A stretch of DNA of 64,000 bases from Candidatus Aenigmatarchaeota archaeon (GCA_016432325.1 CP066684.1:608001-672000), one strand, 5' to 3'. Shown: positions 19,755 to 29,657, numbered from the stretch's first letter. Numbers and translations are program-made. The notes: generated by a model from the sequence alone, not told the origin.

Positions 19755-21494
19755 TTAGCCGCCTGACGTCTCGCCGCCACCGGATTCTCCGCCAGTCTCT
19801 TCGCCTCCTGATCCTCCAGAGTCTCCTCCAGATTCGCCTCCGCTAGAATCTCCTCCGCCTTCGGATCCTCCTGTTTCTCCGCCTCCCTGTTCGCCGCCGG
19901 ACGGGGTCGTGTACCCTTCAGGCGTCTGATATCCTTCAGGAGACTGGTAACCCTCTGGCGACTGGTAGCCTTCGGGGGATTGGTAGTTCGGATATTCGCC
20001 ACCTTGTGGAGTCTGGTAGTACTGGCCTTGCTCGCCTCCCGGATAACCGCCCTGGCCCTGCTGGTAACCTTCAGGGCATCCTTCGGGCGGACACTGGAAC
20101 CCTTCCTCATAGCCCGGTCCGCCTGGCTGGCCTGGTCCGGGTCCCTGACCGTATTGTCCCTCCTGTTGCTGGCCGAACCCACAGCTCTCCGGATTCGATT
20201 GACAATAAGACTGGCAGTCCTGCGGCGCAACGCCTGCAGACTGGCAAGCGCTCAGCGCCTTTCCAAAGTCTCCGCCGCCTTCTCCTTCAGGCGGTCCGAA
20301 ACCGCATTCTGTCGGGTTGTTCTCGCAGAAGCTTCGACAGTCACTCGTTGAGATTCCTCTTGACTTGCACGCTTCAAGAGCGCCTCTTGCCTCCTCTGGA
20401 ATCTCGATGCCGCACGCCTCTGGGTCGTTCTCGCAGTAGTTTCGGCAGTCGTCCTGCGACAATCCTTTCTCCTTGCATATCCTCATGATGCCTGCGACGT
20501 CTATTCCCTGTGACTTTGCATTCTGGAAATCTTCGTATTCAGAATCGCTCATGAATCCCACGTCGTGCGACCATTCGACGCACTCTTCGATGTTATCCGG
20601 CTCCTGGCAGTACTCCTCGCAGTCGCGGCCCGTACATCCGCCCGGACCGACGCCGCCTGCCTCGGCGAACTTCTTGGCCATCTCATACTCCTCGTCGCCC
20701 ATGAATCCTATTTCGTGGGCCCACTCGACGCATTCAAGCATGTTGTCGGGATTCTCGCAAAACGCTTCGCAGTCGCGGCCTGTGCAGCCGCCGGGCCCTC
20801 TTCCACCGCTCTCGGCGAACTTCTTGGCAAATTCGTAATCTTCGTCGCTTATCTCTCCCAACTCGTGGGCGAACTCGACGCACGCGAGCATGTTGTCCGG
20901 ATTGTCGCAGAAGGCCTCGCATTCGCTCAGCCTGCAACCGCCAGGACCGACGCCACCGCGTTCAATCATCTTCTTCGCCATGCGCGCGTCCTCTTCGTCC
21001 ATGAAGCCCGCCTTTATCGCGAACTCTATGCATGCTTCCGCGTTGTCCGTATCGTCGCAATAAATTCGGCACTCCTCTTCGTTCGAGCAGCCTCCGGGGG
21101 TCTCGCCTCTCTGTATATACGGCAGGAGTTCCCGCGCATCTTCCAGCTCTTCGGCTGTCATGAGCCCGTTCTCCTCCGCGTAGTCGAGACAGGCTCCCAT
21201 ATTATCCGGGTCAGAGCAGTACGTTCTGCACTCGTCCTCGCTCGAACAACCGCCCAAAGCGGCTATGGACTGGTCGACTCCGGCTCCTGAAACGGTCGAT
21301 TCGATATCGTGCGTCTCGGCGAATGCAGAGCACGCGCCCCAGTTGGCCGGCTCGTTGCAGTACGTCCGGCACTCGTCTTCTGAGGCGCAGCCCCCCAGCT
21401 CCGAGACGGGGAACGTTACGTCGGAAGTTTGCGCGTGGACGTACGTTATGGAAAGCAGGAACGCGAATGCCGCGAAAAACAGTATGCGCTTCAT
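19755..21494 (-). CDS. Secreted Cys-rich repeat protein with a low-complexity G/Q/E tail
   Basis: Signal peptide, repeated (G)PGGC-x4-C-x3-C-x7-C units, YQSPEG repeats. Confidence 0.85.
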   Translation of the reverse strand: MKRILFFAAFAFLLSITYVHAQTSDVTFPVSELGGCASEDECRTYCNEPANWGACSAFAETHDIESTVSGAGVDQSIAALGGCSSEDECRTYCSDPDNMGACLDYAEENGLMTAEELEDARELLPYIQRGETPGGCSNEEECRIYCDDTDNAEACIEFAIKAGFMDEEDARMAKKMIERGGVGPGGCRLSECEAFCDNPDNMLACVEFAHELGEISDEDYEFAKKFAESGGRGPGGCTGRDCEAFCENPDNMLECVEWAHEIGFMGDEEYEMAKKFAEAGGVGPGGCTGRDCEEYCQEPDNIEECVEWSHDVGFMSDSEYEDFQNAKSQGIDVAGIMRICKEKGLSQDDCRNYCENDPEACGIEIPEEARGALEACKSRGISTSDCRSFCENNPTECGFGPPEGEGGGDFGKALSACQSAGVAPQDCQSYCQSNPESCGFGQQQEGQYGQGPGPGQPGGPGYEEGFQCPPEGCPEGYQQGQGGYPGGEQGQYYQTPQGGEYPNYQSPEGYQSPEGYQSPEGYQTPEGYTTPSGGEQGGGETGGSEGGGDSSGGESGGDSGGSGGEETGGESGGGETSGG

Positions 21495-21746
21495 CTATCC
21501 ACCTGAGAACGGGTTTTTGTATCCGTACGGATTGGCCTCGTCAAAGGCGTTCGTATCCGGTATCTTGTTGGTCGCCTCGAACGTTTGGCCCAGTTTCTCC
21601 GTGCCTGCGCCGAACGAAAGGTCGGGCAGGAACAGGCCGTTGCCTCCCGCACCGCCTAAAAGGAAGTAGCCGGCGCCTATCAGAATGACGATGCCGACAG
21701 CTACTATGGCTATTGTAGGTATCTTCTTGCCCTGTTTTTCAGCCAT
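21495..21746 (-). CDS. Small single-TM protein co-transcribed with the Cys-rich protein
   Basis: MAEKQGKK start, one TM helix, abuts the next ORF. Confidence 0.7.
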   Translation of the reverse strand: MAEKQGKKIPTIAIVAVGIVILIGAGYFLLGGAGGNGLFLPDLSFGAGTEKLGQTFEATNKIPDTNAFDEANPYGYKNPFSGG

Positions 21747-21853
21747 CGAATCTCCTTTATATCGCACTTATAAAAAGCTTTAGAACGGCTATATCGCAGC
21801 GCGGGGGTTCAGGAAACGCAAGCGTTTCAACACCCCCTCGCCTCGAAGTGCAT

Positions 21854-22093
21854 GCGGGGGTTCCGTAGCTTGGTCAATCCCTGAACGGCATTCAAATTTC
21901 CGTTCCGGGAACGAAAAACGGGGGGGACTTAAGTTTGCCGACTTAAGTGCTGAGACACGACGTCTGTGAAAAGAAATCCCCTGGCCTAGCGCCTTCGCAG
22001 GTTCAAACCGGGCTTTCTTTAAAAAGAAAGCACGGGTGCAAAGAAACTCCGGCTTCCGCCATGATGCCGGCGAGAATCCTGCCCCCCGCACCA
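21854..22093 (+). tRNA. tRNA-Leu(TAA) with 3 introns: ~21877-21916, ~21934-21975 (37/38), ~22008-22076 (59/60)
   Basis: GCGGGGG/CCCCCGC acceptor stem, GGGGA-CTTAAG..A-TCCCC, variable arm, CCA. Confidence 0.92.
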
Positions 22094-22122
22094 TTTTTAT
22101 TCTACACCTACCAAATTACGCC

Positions 22123-22287
22123 ATGCCCGTCGCATCAGAACGCCACGTCCACAACAAGAGGAACTGCCGCGCGTTCGTCTCGAGGCACATCAAGGCGCAC
22201 GTGAAAGAAGGCATGCCGCAGAGGCAGGCCGTCGCAGCAGCCCTTTCAGAAGCCCGTCGGTTGGGATGCAAAATCAGCAAGCAGTAA
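22123..22287 (+). CDS. Small basic protein
   Basis: 54 aa with a QRQAVAAALSEARR motif. Confidence 0.6.
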   Translation: MPVASERHVHNKRNCRAFVSRHIKAHVKEGMPQRQAVAAALSEARRLGCKISKQ

Positions 22288-22289
22288 CG

Positions 22290-22664
22290 TCATCTCCGCG
22301 CCGTCTTCAGGCCCCAGACGTACATCATCACAAGGATGGCGACCGCGGCCAGCGCATACTTGGCGAACATGCTCTGAACGACGTAGATTGAGATGCCCAT
22401 TCCTATCGCTATCGCGATGACAGCCGCCTTCTTTGCCCCGAGTGTCATCTGTTTTCTCTTGTAGTTCCTTATCGCCGGTCCGAAGCGGCTTGCCATCAGA
22501 CGGCGATGCAGACGCTTGGACGACTTGGCGAACATGAGCGCAGAGAGGAACAGGAAGTCCGTTCCCGGAACGACGGGCAGAAAGAGTCCTGCCACGCCGA
22601 TGATAAAGAAAAGGATTCCCAGCAAAAGGAAAACCTTCTTTTTGACAGAGCCGAGAATATTCAT
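22290..22664 (-). CDS. YbaN/DUF454 family membrane protein
   Basis: GLFLPVVPGT.FL..SA..FAKSSKRLH motif. Confidence 0.85.
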   Translation of the reverse strand: MNILGSVKKKVFLLLGILFFIIGVAGLFLPVVPGTDFLFLSALMFAKSSKRLHRRLMASRFGPAIRNYKRKQMTLGAKKAAVIAIAIGMGISIYVVQSMFAKYALAAVAILVMMYVWGLKTARR

Positions 22665-22818
22665 GAACCCGCCTCGCGTCATTCTTGGCGCCGCCTATTT
22701 ATATCGCGTTGGCAGGCGAGACCCGGAAATGTTGAAATAGAAGCAGTCTTTACAGCAGAAGGGGCTGACGCGAAGGGCGCATATTTAAATAAGCGAAACA
22801 GTATATCCACGCGATAGC

Positions 22819-23505
22819 ATGGGACGTGATAGCATGGGTCTTCTACGGGCGCTCTTCGGTTCGGATGAGGAGAAACTGGCGACACGGAGGGCAACGGCCA
22901 GACGCGATGCCGCACGGTCCGCGGCTGCGAGCATATCATTGGCGCGCAAGGATATAGAAACCGGCAACTTCCATCATTATGCGCGCGCTGAGATTCCCTC
23001 CGACATGTGGGAGCTGAACGAGCTGGATCGAGCGGAACTATGCCTTACAGGCAGCGGTCTTCAGATATCTCCAGAGATAGCCGAATTGAGGAAGACGGCC
23101 ATATTGGCTCGCATGGCTTCCGTAGTAGAGGAGACACTGAAGGCCGAGGATAGTTGTCTCCGATTTCGTCTTGAAGATATCGAGGAGACCACTACCATCG
23201 CGTCGAAGGCAGGCGTACCACTGACGCGCGAGTTCGAGACCGTAGAAATGCAGGCGTTAAGTAGGATTGTCAACTATCACCTCAAGGATTATTGGTACAA
23301 TATGCACGATGGTTGGTATGGGGTTCGGCCCTCAAGCGCCTCTAGTAATGTCCAAGCCGCTCAATACTACATAATGAAAGGAAGGCTGCCTGTTCCAGAG
23401 GAATTCTTTGTTAAACGTGATGCTCTCGAGGAGTTCTTGATGAAGCACAAGAACGTGCTTGCCAAACTCGCTCCCTACGAAGAAAAGCGTAAGAGCGCCG
23501 CCTGA
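22819..23505 (+). CDS. Hypothetical protein
   Basis: 228-aa ORF with an upstream TTTAAAT box. Confidence 0.7.
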   Translation: MGRDSMGLLRALFGSDEEKLATRRATARRDAARSAAASISLARKDIETGNFHHYARAEIPSDMWELNELDRAELCLTGSGLQISPEIAELRKTAILARMASVVEETLKAEDSCLRFRLEDIEETTTIASKAGVPLTREFETVEMQALSRIVNYHLKDYWYNMHDGWYGVRPSSASSNVQAAQYYIMKGRLPVPEEFFVKRDALEEFLMKHKNVLAKLAPYEEKRKSAA

Positions 23506-23560
23506 GGCTTCTGCAACCACGCGATATTGAAATAGCTCTTCCTCCAATCAATCGTCGGGT

Positions 23561-24649
23561 GTGCGCTTGAGAATCGTTATGATGGTCGATTTGGATTACT
23601 TCTACGCCCGCGTGGAAGAGAACAGGAGGCCCGAGCTGAAGGGCAAGCCCGTGGTCGTGGGAATGTATTCCGGACGAACGGAAACGAGCGGCGCGGTGGC
23701 GACGTGCAACTATGAGGCTCGCAAATACGGCGTGCGCTCCGGCATTCCGCTCTTCCGCGCAAAAGCGCTTCTGAAAGATGCCCCGAACGCCGTCTTCCTG
23801 CATCCGGATTTTGACGAGTACGAACGCGTGTCGAATAATGTGATGGAGATTCTGCGCAAGCACGCCGAGAAATTTGAGCAGGTAAGCATAGACGAGGCCT
23901 TCCTAGACGTGAGCGACGCGTGCAAGAGCTACGGCGAGGCCGAGAAGCTCGCGAAACAGATAAAGCATGAGATTCTGAAGCAGGAGAACGTGACCTGTTC
24001 CGTAGGCATAGGCCCGAACAAGGTCGTCGCAAAGATGGCCTCGAAACTGCAGAAGCCCGACGGTTTGACGGTCGTGCGCGCAGAAGAATTTGCAAAAACG
24101 TTTGGAGACAAACCCGTGCGCGAGCTTTACGGCATAGGCCCGAAGACCGTTGAGAAACTGGCGGAGATAGACGTCGAGAGCATCGGAGAGCTGGCGCAGA
24201 CCGGCCTGAAACAGCTGCAATCGATTTTCGGGGAGAAGCTCGGGGCGTACTTTCATAACGCTGCGCGGGGCGTAGACGAAGAGGCTGTCGAAGAGAAGGA
24301 GCAGAAGCAGTTCGGCCGCATCGTCACGCTCAAGAAAAACGCGCGGAACGTCAAAGATTTTGAAGATGTGATAGACGAGCTTTCCAAAGACGTCGTTCGC
24401 ATGTGCGCGGAGAAAGGCTTCGAGTTCAAGAACGTCGGCCTGTTCGCTGTGATGGAAGATATGGAAAATGTCACGCGCTCGCGGACTCTTGACGACTTCG
24501 CCACAGACTGGAAGCTCGTCGCGTCTGTAACGAAAGAACTCTACGAGAATCTTCTGAAGGACAGCTCCAAGTCGATAAGGCGCGCCGGCGTACGGGTAGC
24601 GACGCTGAGGAAGAAGGGGGAAGGCCTTAAGAAATTCTTTAAGGGTTAA
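23561..24649 (+). CDS. dinB: Y-family DNA polymerase IV (Dpo4/DinB)
   Basis: VDLDYFY, NYEARKYG, SIDEAFLD and KPDG motifs. Confidence 0.96.
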   Translation: MRLRIVMMVDLDYFYARVEENRRPELKGKPVVVGMYSGRTETSGAVATCNYEARKYGVRSGIPLFRAKALLKDAPNAVFLHPDFDEYERVSNNVMEILRKHAEKFEQVSIDEAFLDVSDACKSYGEAEKLAKQIKHEILKQENVTCSVGIGPNKVVAKMASKLQKPDGLTVVRAEEFAKTFGDKPVRELYGIGPKTVEKLAEIDVESIGELAQTGLKQLQSIFGEKLGAYFHNAARGVDEEAVEEKEQKQFGRIVTLKKNARNVKDFEDVIDELSKDVVRMCAEKGFEFKNVGLFAVMEDMENVTRSRTLDDFATDWKLVASVTKELYENLLKDSSKSIRRAGVRVATLRKKGEGLKKFFKG

Positions 24650-25153
24650 ATGCTTTTGCACGCAATGGAGAGCATGCGATTCTTGGACGGGGCAGAAGCA
24701 GTTGAAGCCGAACGGTTCACCGCGGAAGCCGTGACTGTTGCGAGGCGTTCTCCCTGCGAGAAATCCAAGCGCGGAGTCATCATAGTCAGCGACAGCGAAG
24801 TGATAGGCCGCGGGTACAACAAGCCGCCTGCGGACGTGCCGTGCGTCGAGGAGTTCTGCGGCCTGATATGCAGGAAATATTGCGTTCACGCCGAGACGAA
24901 CGCCGTAATGGACGCGCTGCGCGGCGGCCATGAACTGAAGGGCTCAAGAGGCTATCACATCAAGGTGAAGGGCGGCGCCGTGCGAGATTCCGACGACCTC
25001 TCTTGCGTGCCGTGCGCCGCGCTCGTGCTGGAAAGCGGAATGGGTGAGTTCGTCCTCAAACATCCCCGCGGATTCGCGGTCTATGGCGCGCGGGAGTTCT
25101 ACGAACTGTCGTTAGACGCCTTTATTAGGCAGAAAAGCTCCAATGGTAAGTGA
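24650..25153 (+). CDS. dCMP deaminase-like zinc-dependent deaminase
   Basis: GYN, HAE and CxxC motifs. Confidence 0.82.
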   Translation: MLLHAMESMRFLDGAEAVEAERFTAEAVTVARRSPCEKSKRGVIIVSDSEVIGRGYNKPPADVPCVEEFCGLICRKYCVHAETNAVMDALRGGHELKGSRGYHIKVKGGAVRDSDDLSCVPCAALVLESGMGEFVLKHPRGFAVYGAREFYELSLDAFIRQKSSNGK

Positions 25154-25380
25154 TTGCAATGTGCTTCACGAAACAGCAGCTCTGGACCGTCGCAGCCGTG
25201 ATTTTCGGCTTGGTGACGTTGCTTCACGCCCTTCGGCTCGCCAACAACTGGGCTGCGCAGATAGGCCCTTACGTTATACCGATTTGGTTCAGCTGGATTG
25301 CTGTCGCCGTTGCAGCGTACCTCGCATACGAGTTCTGGAAGCATTCCGGAGAGAAACCGGCCAAGAAAGGAAGGAAGTAA
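25150..25380 (+). CDS. Small membrane protein
   Basis: Two TM helices, LLHALR motif. Confidence 0.7.
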   Translation: MIAMCFTKQQLWTVAAVIFGLVTLLHALRLANNWAAQIGPYVIPIWFSWIAVAVAAYLAYEFWKHSGEKPAKKGRK

Positions 25381-25424
25381 TGAAACCGTTGTTTCAAACT
25401 TTCTTCGTATGTCTCGGAAAGTAG

Positions 25425-25892
25425 TCAGCGTTCCCTGAGTCCTTTCTCCCGCGCGATGGTCTTCATGGCCTTGAGTATTCTTGCCTTGCTCACTTCGTCC
25501 GCTTTCTCGAAAACAGACCTCAACTCGTGGTCGTGCTCTTTGTAGAGCCCTGTCCAGTGCCTCTCGACACGAGACTGACTATAGTCCTGGACTTCTCCGG
25601 ACAGAGCGCCTCTCTGGTGATCGTAACCCGCGAGCTTCAGCAGCTCTTCCTTTTCGGACGGGCTGCAGCCGTAGAACTTCAGGGCGGTCGCAAGGAATTC
25701 GTAGGACGGCCTGCCGGGAACGCCGTCGTGGCCGCGGCCTGTTTCTATGTTGTATATGTGGGCTGTGGAGACTCCTACCTGTTTCGCCACGACCTCGCGC
25801 CTCATGCCCAAGTCTTCGCGCTTGACGCGCAGCAGTTTGCCTAGGCGTATCAGCTCTTTCGCATGGCGCCTGTTGTAAGCCCTGAGTCCCAT
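25425..25892 (-). CDS. XRE-family HTH regulator
   Basis: LRVKREDLGM..VAKQVGVS..HIYNIETG...PS pattern. Confidence 0.85.
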   Translation of the reverse strand: MGLRAYNRRHAKELIRLGKLLRVKREDLGMRREVVAKQVGVSTAHIYNIETGRGHDGVPGRPSYEFLATALKFYGCSPSEKEELLKLAGYDHQRGALSGEVQDYSQSRVERHWTGLYKEHDHELRSVFEKADEVSKARILKAMKTIAREKGLRER

Positions 25893-26091
25893 TCCAGCAC
25901 CATAGCCATTAACCGCAGGAAGCAATTTAAACCGGACGGGCGCGCCGTTTGAACGTATTTAAAGACTGTACGCGAATCGGAGTACGGTGCTGACAATGCG
26001 CGGTGTTAGTCTTCATCCGGGAATGTAGGAAACCTGTTAGCCGCGCATATTCGAATTCTGAAGTTATAAACTCTGCCTGCGAGGTGTCTCT

Positions 26092-27357
26092 ATGACCCAG
26101 TCGCCTAAAGGCACGCAGGACTTCGGTCCCAAGGAAGCGATGGCGCGTGGCGAAATGATAGGCGCGCTCAGGCAGGTATTCCAGCTCTACGGCTTCGAGC
26201 CTCTCGAAACGACGTCTCTTCAGAACTTCGAGGTTCTCTCTTCAAAGTACACAGGCGGCGCGGAGATTCTCAAGGAGACTTACAAGCTCGAAGACCAAGG
26301 CGGGCGCAAGCTCGGATTGCGATACGATCTCACGGTCCCTCTCGTGCGCTTCATGGCCGAGAACCGTTCGCTCGCCAAGCCGTTCAAGCGCTACGAGATA
26401 GGAAAGGTGTGGCGCGACGGCCCTCTCAAGGCCGGGCGCTATCGCGAATTCATGCAGGTCGACGCTGACGTCATCGGCGTAACGAGCGTCGCTGCCGAGG
26501 CCGAACTGCTGGCGATGGCCCAGACGTTTTTCAAGGCGCTGGGAATCGACGCTGTGATAAAGTACAACAACCGGAAGGTTCTGAACGGCCTGCTCAAGAA
26601 GTTCAGCATTCCCGAACGCGAGTGGAATGGCGTGCTCCAGAGCATGGACAAGCTCGAGAAGATGGGGCGCGCTTACGTGGAGAAGGAACTCACGGAGAAA
26701 GGCGTCGACAAGGGCGTGGCCAAGGACGTCGTGGAGATTATAGCAAAGACCAAGGACCTCGAGCTGCTCACAGGCGTCATAGACAACGACGTCGGAAGGA
26801 AAGGCATCGAAGAGCTTCTGGCGCTGCAGGAGTATCTGGTCTATCTCGGCGTCGATACGGCAGAGTGGGACCTTTCGCTTTCGCGCGGTCTGGATTACTA
26901 CACAGGCACGGTCTTTGAGGCGTTCTTTACCGGAGGGAAAGTAACGTCTTCGATAGCCGGCGGCGGCCGTTATGACAAGATGATAGGCGCGCTCATCGGC
27001 TCAAAGGAAGACGTGCCGGCGGTCGGCATTTCGTTTGGTCTTGACGCGATACTGGACGGCTTTGCGCTGGAGCGCGAGCGAACGATAACGCGCGTGCTTG
27101 TCGTCCCTATAAACGCTCTGGACTACGCTCTCACTGTCGCGCAGGCGATCCGCGCGTGGAACGTAAATACTGAAGTCGACATGATGAACCGTAACTTGTC
27201 AAAGAACCTTGACTACGCGAACAAGAAAGGAATTGCGCGTGTGATAATAGTAGGAGAGAAGGAGAAGAAAGAGCAGACCGTTACATACAAGGATATGGAG
27301 AGCGGCAAGCAAGAAACAGACACGTTAGAAAAACTGAAGAAGAGAATAGTTTCGTAG
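26092..27357 (+). CDS. hisS: Histidyl-tRNA synthetase
   Basis: PKGTQDF, LRYDLTVP, GRYREF, RGLDYYTG and GGGRYD motifs. Confidence 0.97.
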   Translation: MTQSPKGTQDFGPKEAMARGEMIGALRQVFQLYGFEPLETTSLQNFEVLSSKYTGGAEILKETYKLEDQGGRKLGLRYDLTVPLVRFMAENRSLAKPFKRYEIGKVWRDGPLKAGRYREFMQVDADVIGVTSVAAEAELLAMAQTFFKALGIDAVIKYNNRKVLNGLLKKFSIPEREWNGVLQSMDKLEKMGRAYVEKELTEKGVDKGVAKDVVEIIAKTKDLELLTGVIDNDVGRKGIEELLALQEYLVYLGVDTAEWDLSLSRGLDYYTGTVFEAFFTGGKVTSSIAGGGRYDKMIGALIGSKEDVPAVGISFGLDAILDGFALERERTITRVLVVPINALDYALTVAQAIRAWNVNTEVDMMNRNLSKNLDYANKKGIARVIIVGEKEKKEQTVTYKDMESGKQETDTLEKLKKRIVS

Positions 27358-27365
27358 ATACGGAT

Positions 27366-27594
27366 GGCTGCGGTGGTGTTAGCCTGGATAACACGCTTTT
27401 TCAAAAAGTGTGAGAAGCCAGCAAGCATGCAGGCCTGTGGTCCGAGCTTTTGAGAAAAAGCTCGAGCAAAAACGACGAAGCCACGGACAGATAGCCTGAG
27501 GGGCGAGTTCAAACCGGGCTTTTCTTTCGCAAAGAAAAGCACGGGTGCAAAAGAAACTTTTGCGCCCACCGTGAAATTCTCGCCCGCGGCCCCA
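27366..27594 (+). tRNA. tRNA-His(GTG), G-1 encoded, with 3 introns: ~27390-27423, ~27441-27492 (37/38), ~27514-27577 (59/60)
   Basis: G-GCTGCGG/CCGCGGC-C-CCA, CAGGC-CTGTGG..A-GCCTG, clean BHB helices CTGG/CCAG, CTGT/ACAG and TTCA/TGAA. Confidence 0.93.
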
Positions 27595-27616
27595 TTAACC
27601 TTTTCTAAGAGCGGCC

Positions 27617-28408
27617 TCACTCAAGTCCTCTGATGAAAAGGAAGACGAAATACGCCACTATCATGGAAACGGCGTAGGACAAGACGGTTCCGAGAACCAG
27701 ACCGTACGCGACGTAGAAGTATCTCAAGGCGAGACCATACGAAGCGCCAGTCAACATTCCGCTAAAGAACAGAGGCTTCGTCACCGACCGGGCAAACGCC
27801 AAGCCTCCGGTCCTGTTCGTAATGAACAACGTGGACATGTACACGGCTGGGAATGGGGAGAAGATGCCGCCAAAGACAGGGCCGCCGACTTTGCTCATGA
27901 ACACGGCAAGCGCGACAATCAATCCGCTAAGGAGCGCGCGGCCCGCTATCTGCAGATGCGTATAGCGCATGCGCAATCTTCCGGCGGAGGGAAGCTTCAA
28001 CCTCTTTTCAAATATCACGAACGATGCCACGAGTATTGAAACGTAGCCAACAGCGGAAAGCGCGAAGTTCTCTATACCGAACACTACAAGCGATGAAACC
28101 AGCGAAGCCCATAGAAGAAGCGATGCAACGAATGCAACGCCGAAACCTCTGTCAGCCAACAGCGCGAAGGACACCAAGAACAGACCGGAGAAGGCCACGG
28201 ATAGCAGGAACCCGTTGGTCGCCTGTGCCGCAACGGCCGGCGACTGGTTGAGGCCGATGAACAGGAATGCCACGACCATCGTGGATGGCAGGCCGCCGAT
28301 GAACCCGCCTATTTTGCTTCCAAACCGCTCTGCGGCCACAGTAACCAGCGTTATCCAGACGCCCCCGACTATGAAAGCAAACAGCAGATTTACTGCGAAA
28401 GAATCCAT
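27617..28408 (-). CDS. Polytopic membrane protein (DUF3147-like duplicated unit)
   Basis: ERFGSKIGGFIGGLP and GPVFGGIFSPFP repeat units. Confidence 0.75.
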   Translation of the reverse strand: MDSFAVNLLFAFIVGGVWITLVTVAAERFGSKIGGFIGGLPSTMVVAFLFIGLNQSPAVAAQATNGFLLSVAFSGLFLVSFALLADRGFGVAFVASLLLWASLVSSLVVFGIENFALSAVGYVSILVASFVIFEKRLKLPSAGRLRMRYTHLQIAGRALLSGLIVALAVFMSKVGGPVFGGIFSPFPAVYMSTLFITNRTGGLAFARSVTKPLFFSGMLTGASYGLALRYFYVAYGLVLGTVLSYAVSMIVAYFVFLFIRGLE

Positions 28409-28494
28409 CGTTGTCTACTCTCCGAGAGGCCATTTAAAAGCGTTGACGCCGTGCGTTGCATCACGGCAATCGCATCCGAACGCTCATAAACAAA

Positions 28495-28507
28495 GCTTAA
28501 ATACCTT
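28495..28507 (+). promoter_or_regulatory. TATA box of the 16S rRNA transcription unit
   Basis: GCTTAAATACCTT; the identical 13-mer precedes the 23S gene at 35087-35099. Confidence 0.75.
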
Positions 28508-28780
28508 CTTCGCGCTCTTCAGTGCACTAAAAGCAGGGGAAGCGTACGCGAGGATCCCTGTTCTACAGCCGCGCGGCGAGCAGGCTTGAATTTCCGTACG
28601 CGAGTACGGATGATGATTGCCATCGGAAACCTTTGTTTCCGAGGCGCCGGGAACCGTGTTCCCGTGCGTCTGCATTCATGTTGCGGCTACAAGTTCCATA
28701 ATCACCACAGACGACGAGTCGGGGTGCCTGAAACTTCAAGGACGGGTTTCGTTAACGATGGGACGGATTGAATAGTTCTG

Positions 28781-28812
28781 CTATTCGATTGGCAGGCGAA
28801 TACTTGTTGGTG
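28781..28812 (+). other. 5' arm of the 16S processing stem with a BHB motif; partner arm at ~31325-31357
   Basis: CTATTCGATTGGCAG-GCGAA-TAC-TTGTTGGTGT pairs with GCGCCAACAA-TTCGC-ATA-CTGCCAGTCGAGTAG. Confidence 0.85.
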
Positions 28813-28911
28813 TAATTTCAAGACTAAAGTTTTGAAATAAAACTGACTCTGCAAGGGTCAGTGTTCACCGCACTTACCATAACGCAAGTTGTGGTAGGGC
28901 TTGGAAAGAAA

Positions 28912-28944
28912 GTTTCGAGATTTTCTGGTAAACAGAAAACTTGA
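28912..28944 (+). repeat. Leader hairpin shared with the 23S leader (35705-35737)
   Basis: GTTTCRAGATTTTCTGGTAAACAGAAAACTTGA, 32 of 33 nt identical. Confidence 0.92.
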
Positions 28945-29626
28945 AAACGGATTTTCAAGACAATTCCAATAGAAAGTGTGCAGTTAACTCCCAATCGAAG
29001 TTCTCGTACTGTTGATGAAATATCGTAGGACCTACTTTGAGACAGAGCGTTGTTAGGGATAACAGACGCTGGGAACATACGTTCGATTGAAATAATTCTG
29101 GTTGATCCCGCCAGAGGTCACTGCTATCTGGATCCGATTAAGACATGCTAGCCGAGTGCGAAAGCACGGCAGACGGCTCAGTAACACGTAGTCAACCTGC
29201 CCTCAGGTAGGGGATAACCCCGCGAAAGTGGGACTAACACCCTATGGGGAAAAGATACTGGAATGTTCTTTTCCTGAAAGGCAACGCCTGAGGATGGGAC
29301 TGCGGCGGATTAGGCTGTTGTTGGGGTAAAGGCCCAACAAACCTATAATCCGTACGGGCGTTGAGAGACGTAGCCCGGAGATGGGCTCTGAGACAAGAGC
29401 CCAGGCCCTACGGGGCGCAGCAGTCGCGAAACCTTTACAATGGCTTCACGGCCGATAGGGGGATCCAGAGTGAGTGCGCAATGCGTACTCTTTTGCCGAG
29501 TCTAAACAGCTCGGAGAATAAGGGGTGGGCAATACGAGTGCCAGCCGCCATCTTGCGTAGGACGGAAACTTTTCCGCCCTTGCGGGACGGAAAACGGTAA
29601 TACTCGAGCCCCGAGTGGTGACCACG

Positions 29627-29657
<31 letters not shown>

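Noticed and set aside
28520-28770. SRP RNA or a separate C/D sRNA in the 16S leader
   Set aside because: No SRP helix 8 motif. ATGATGA and CTGA are present but far apart, and I found no convincing guide target.
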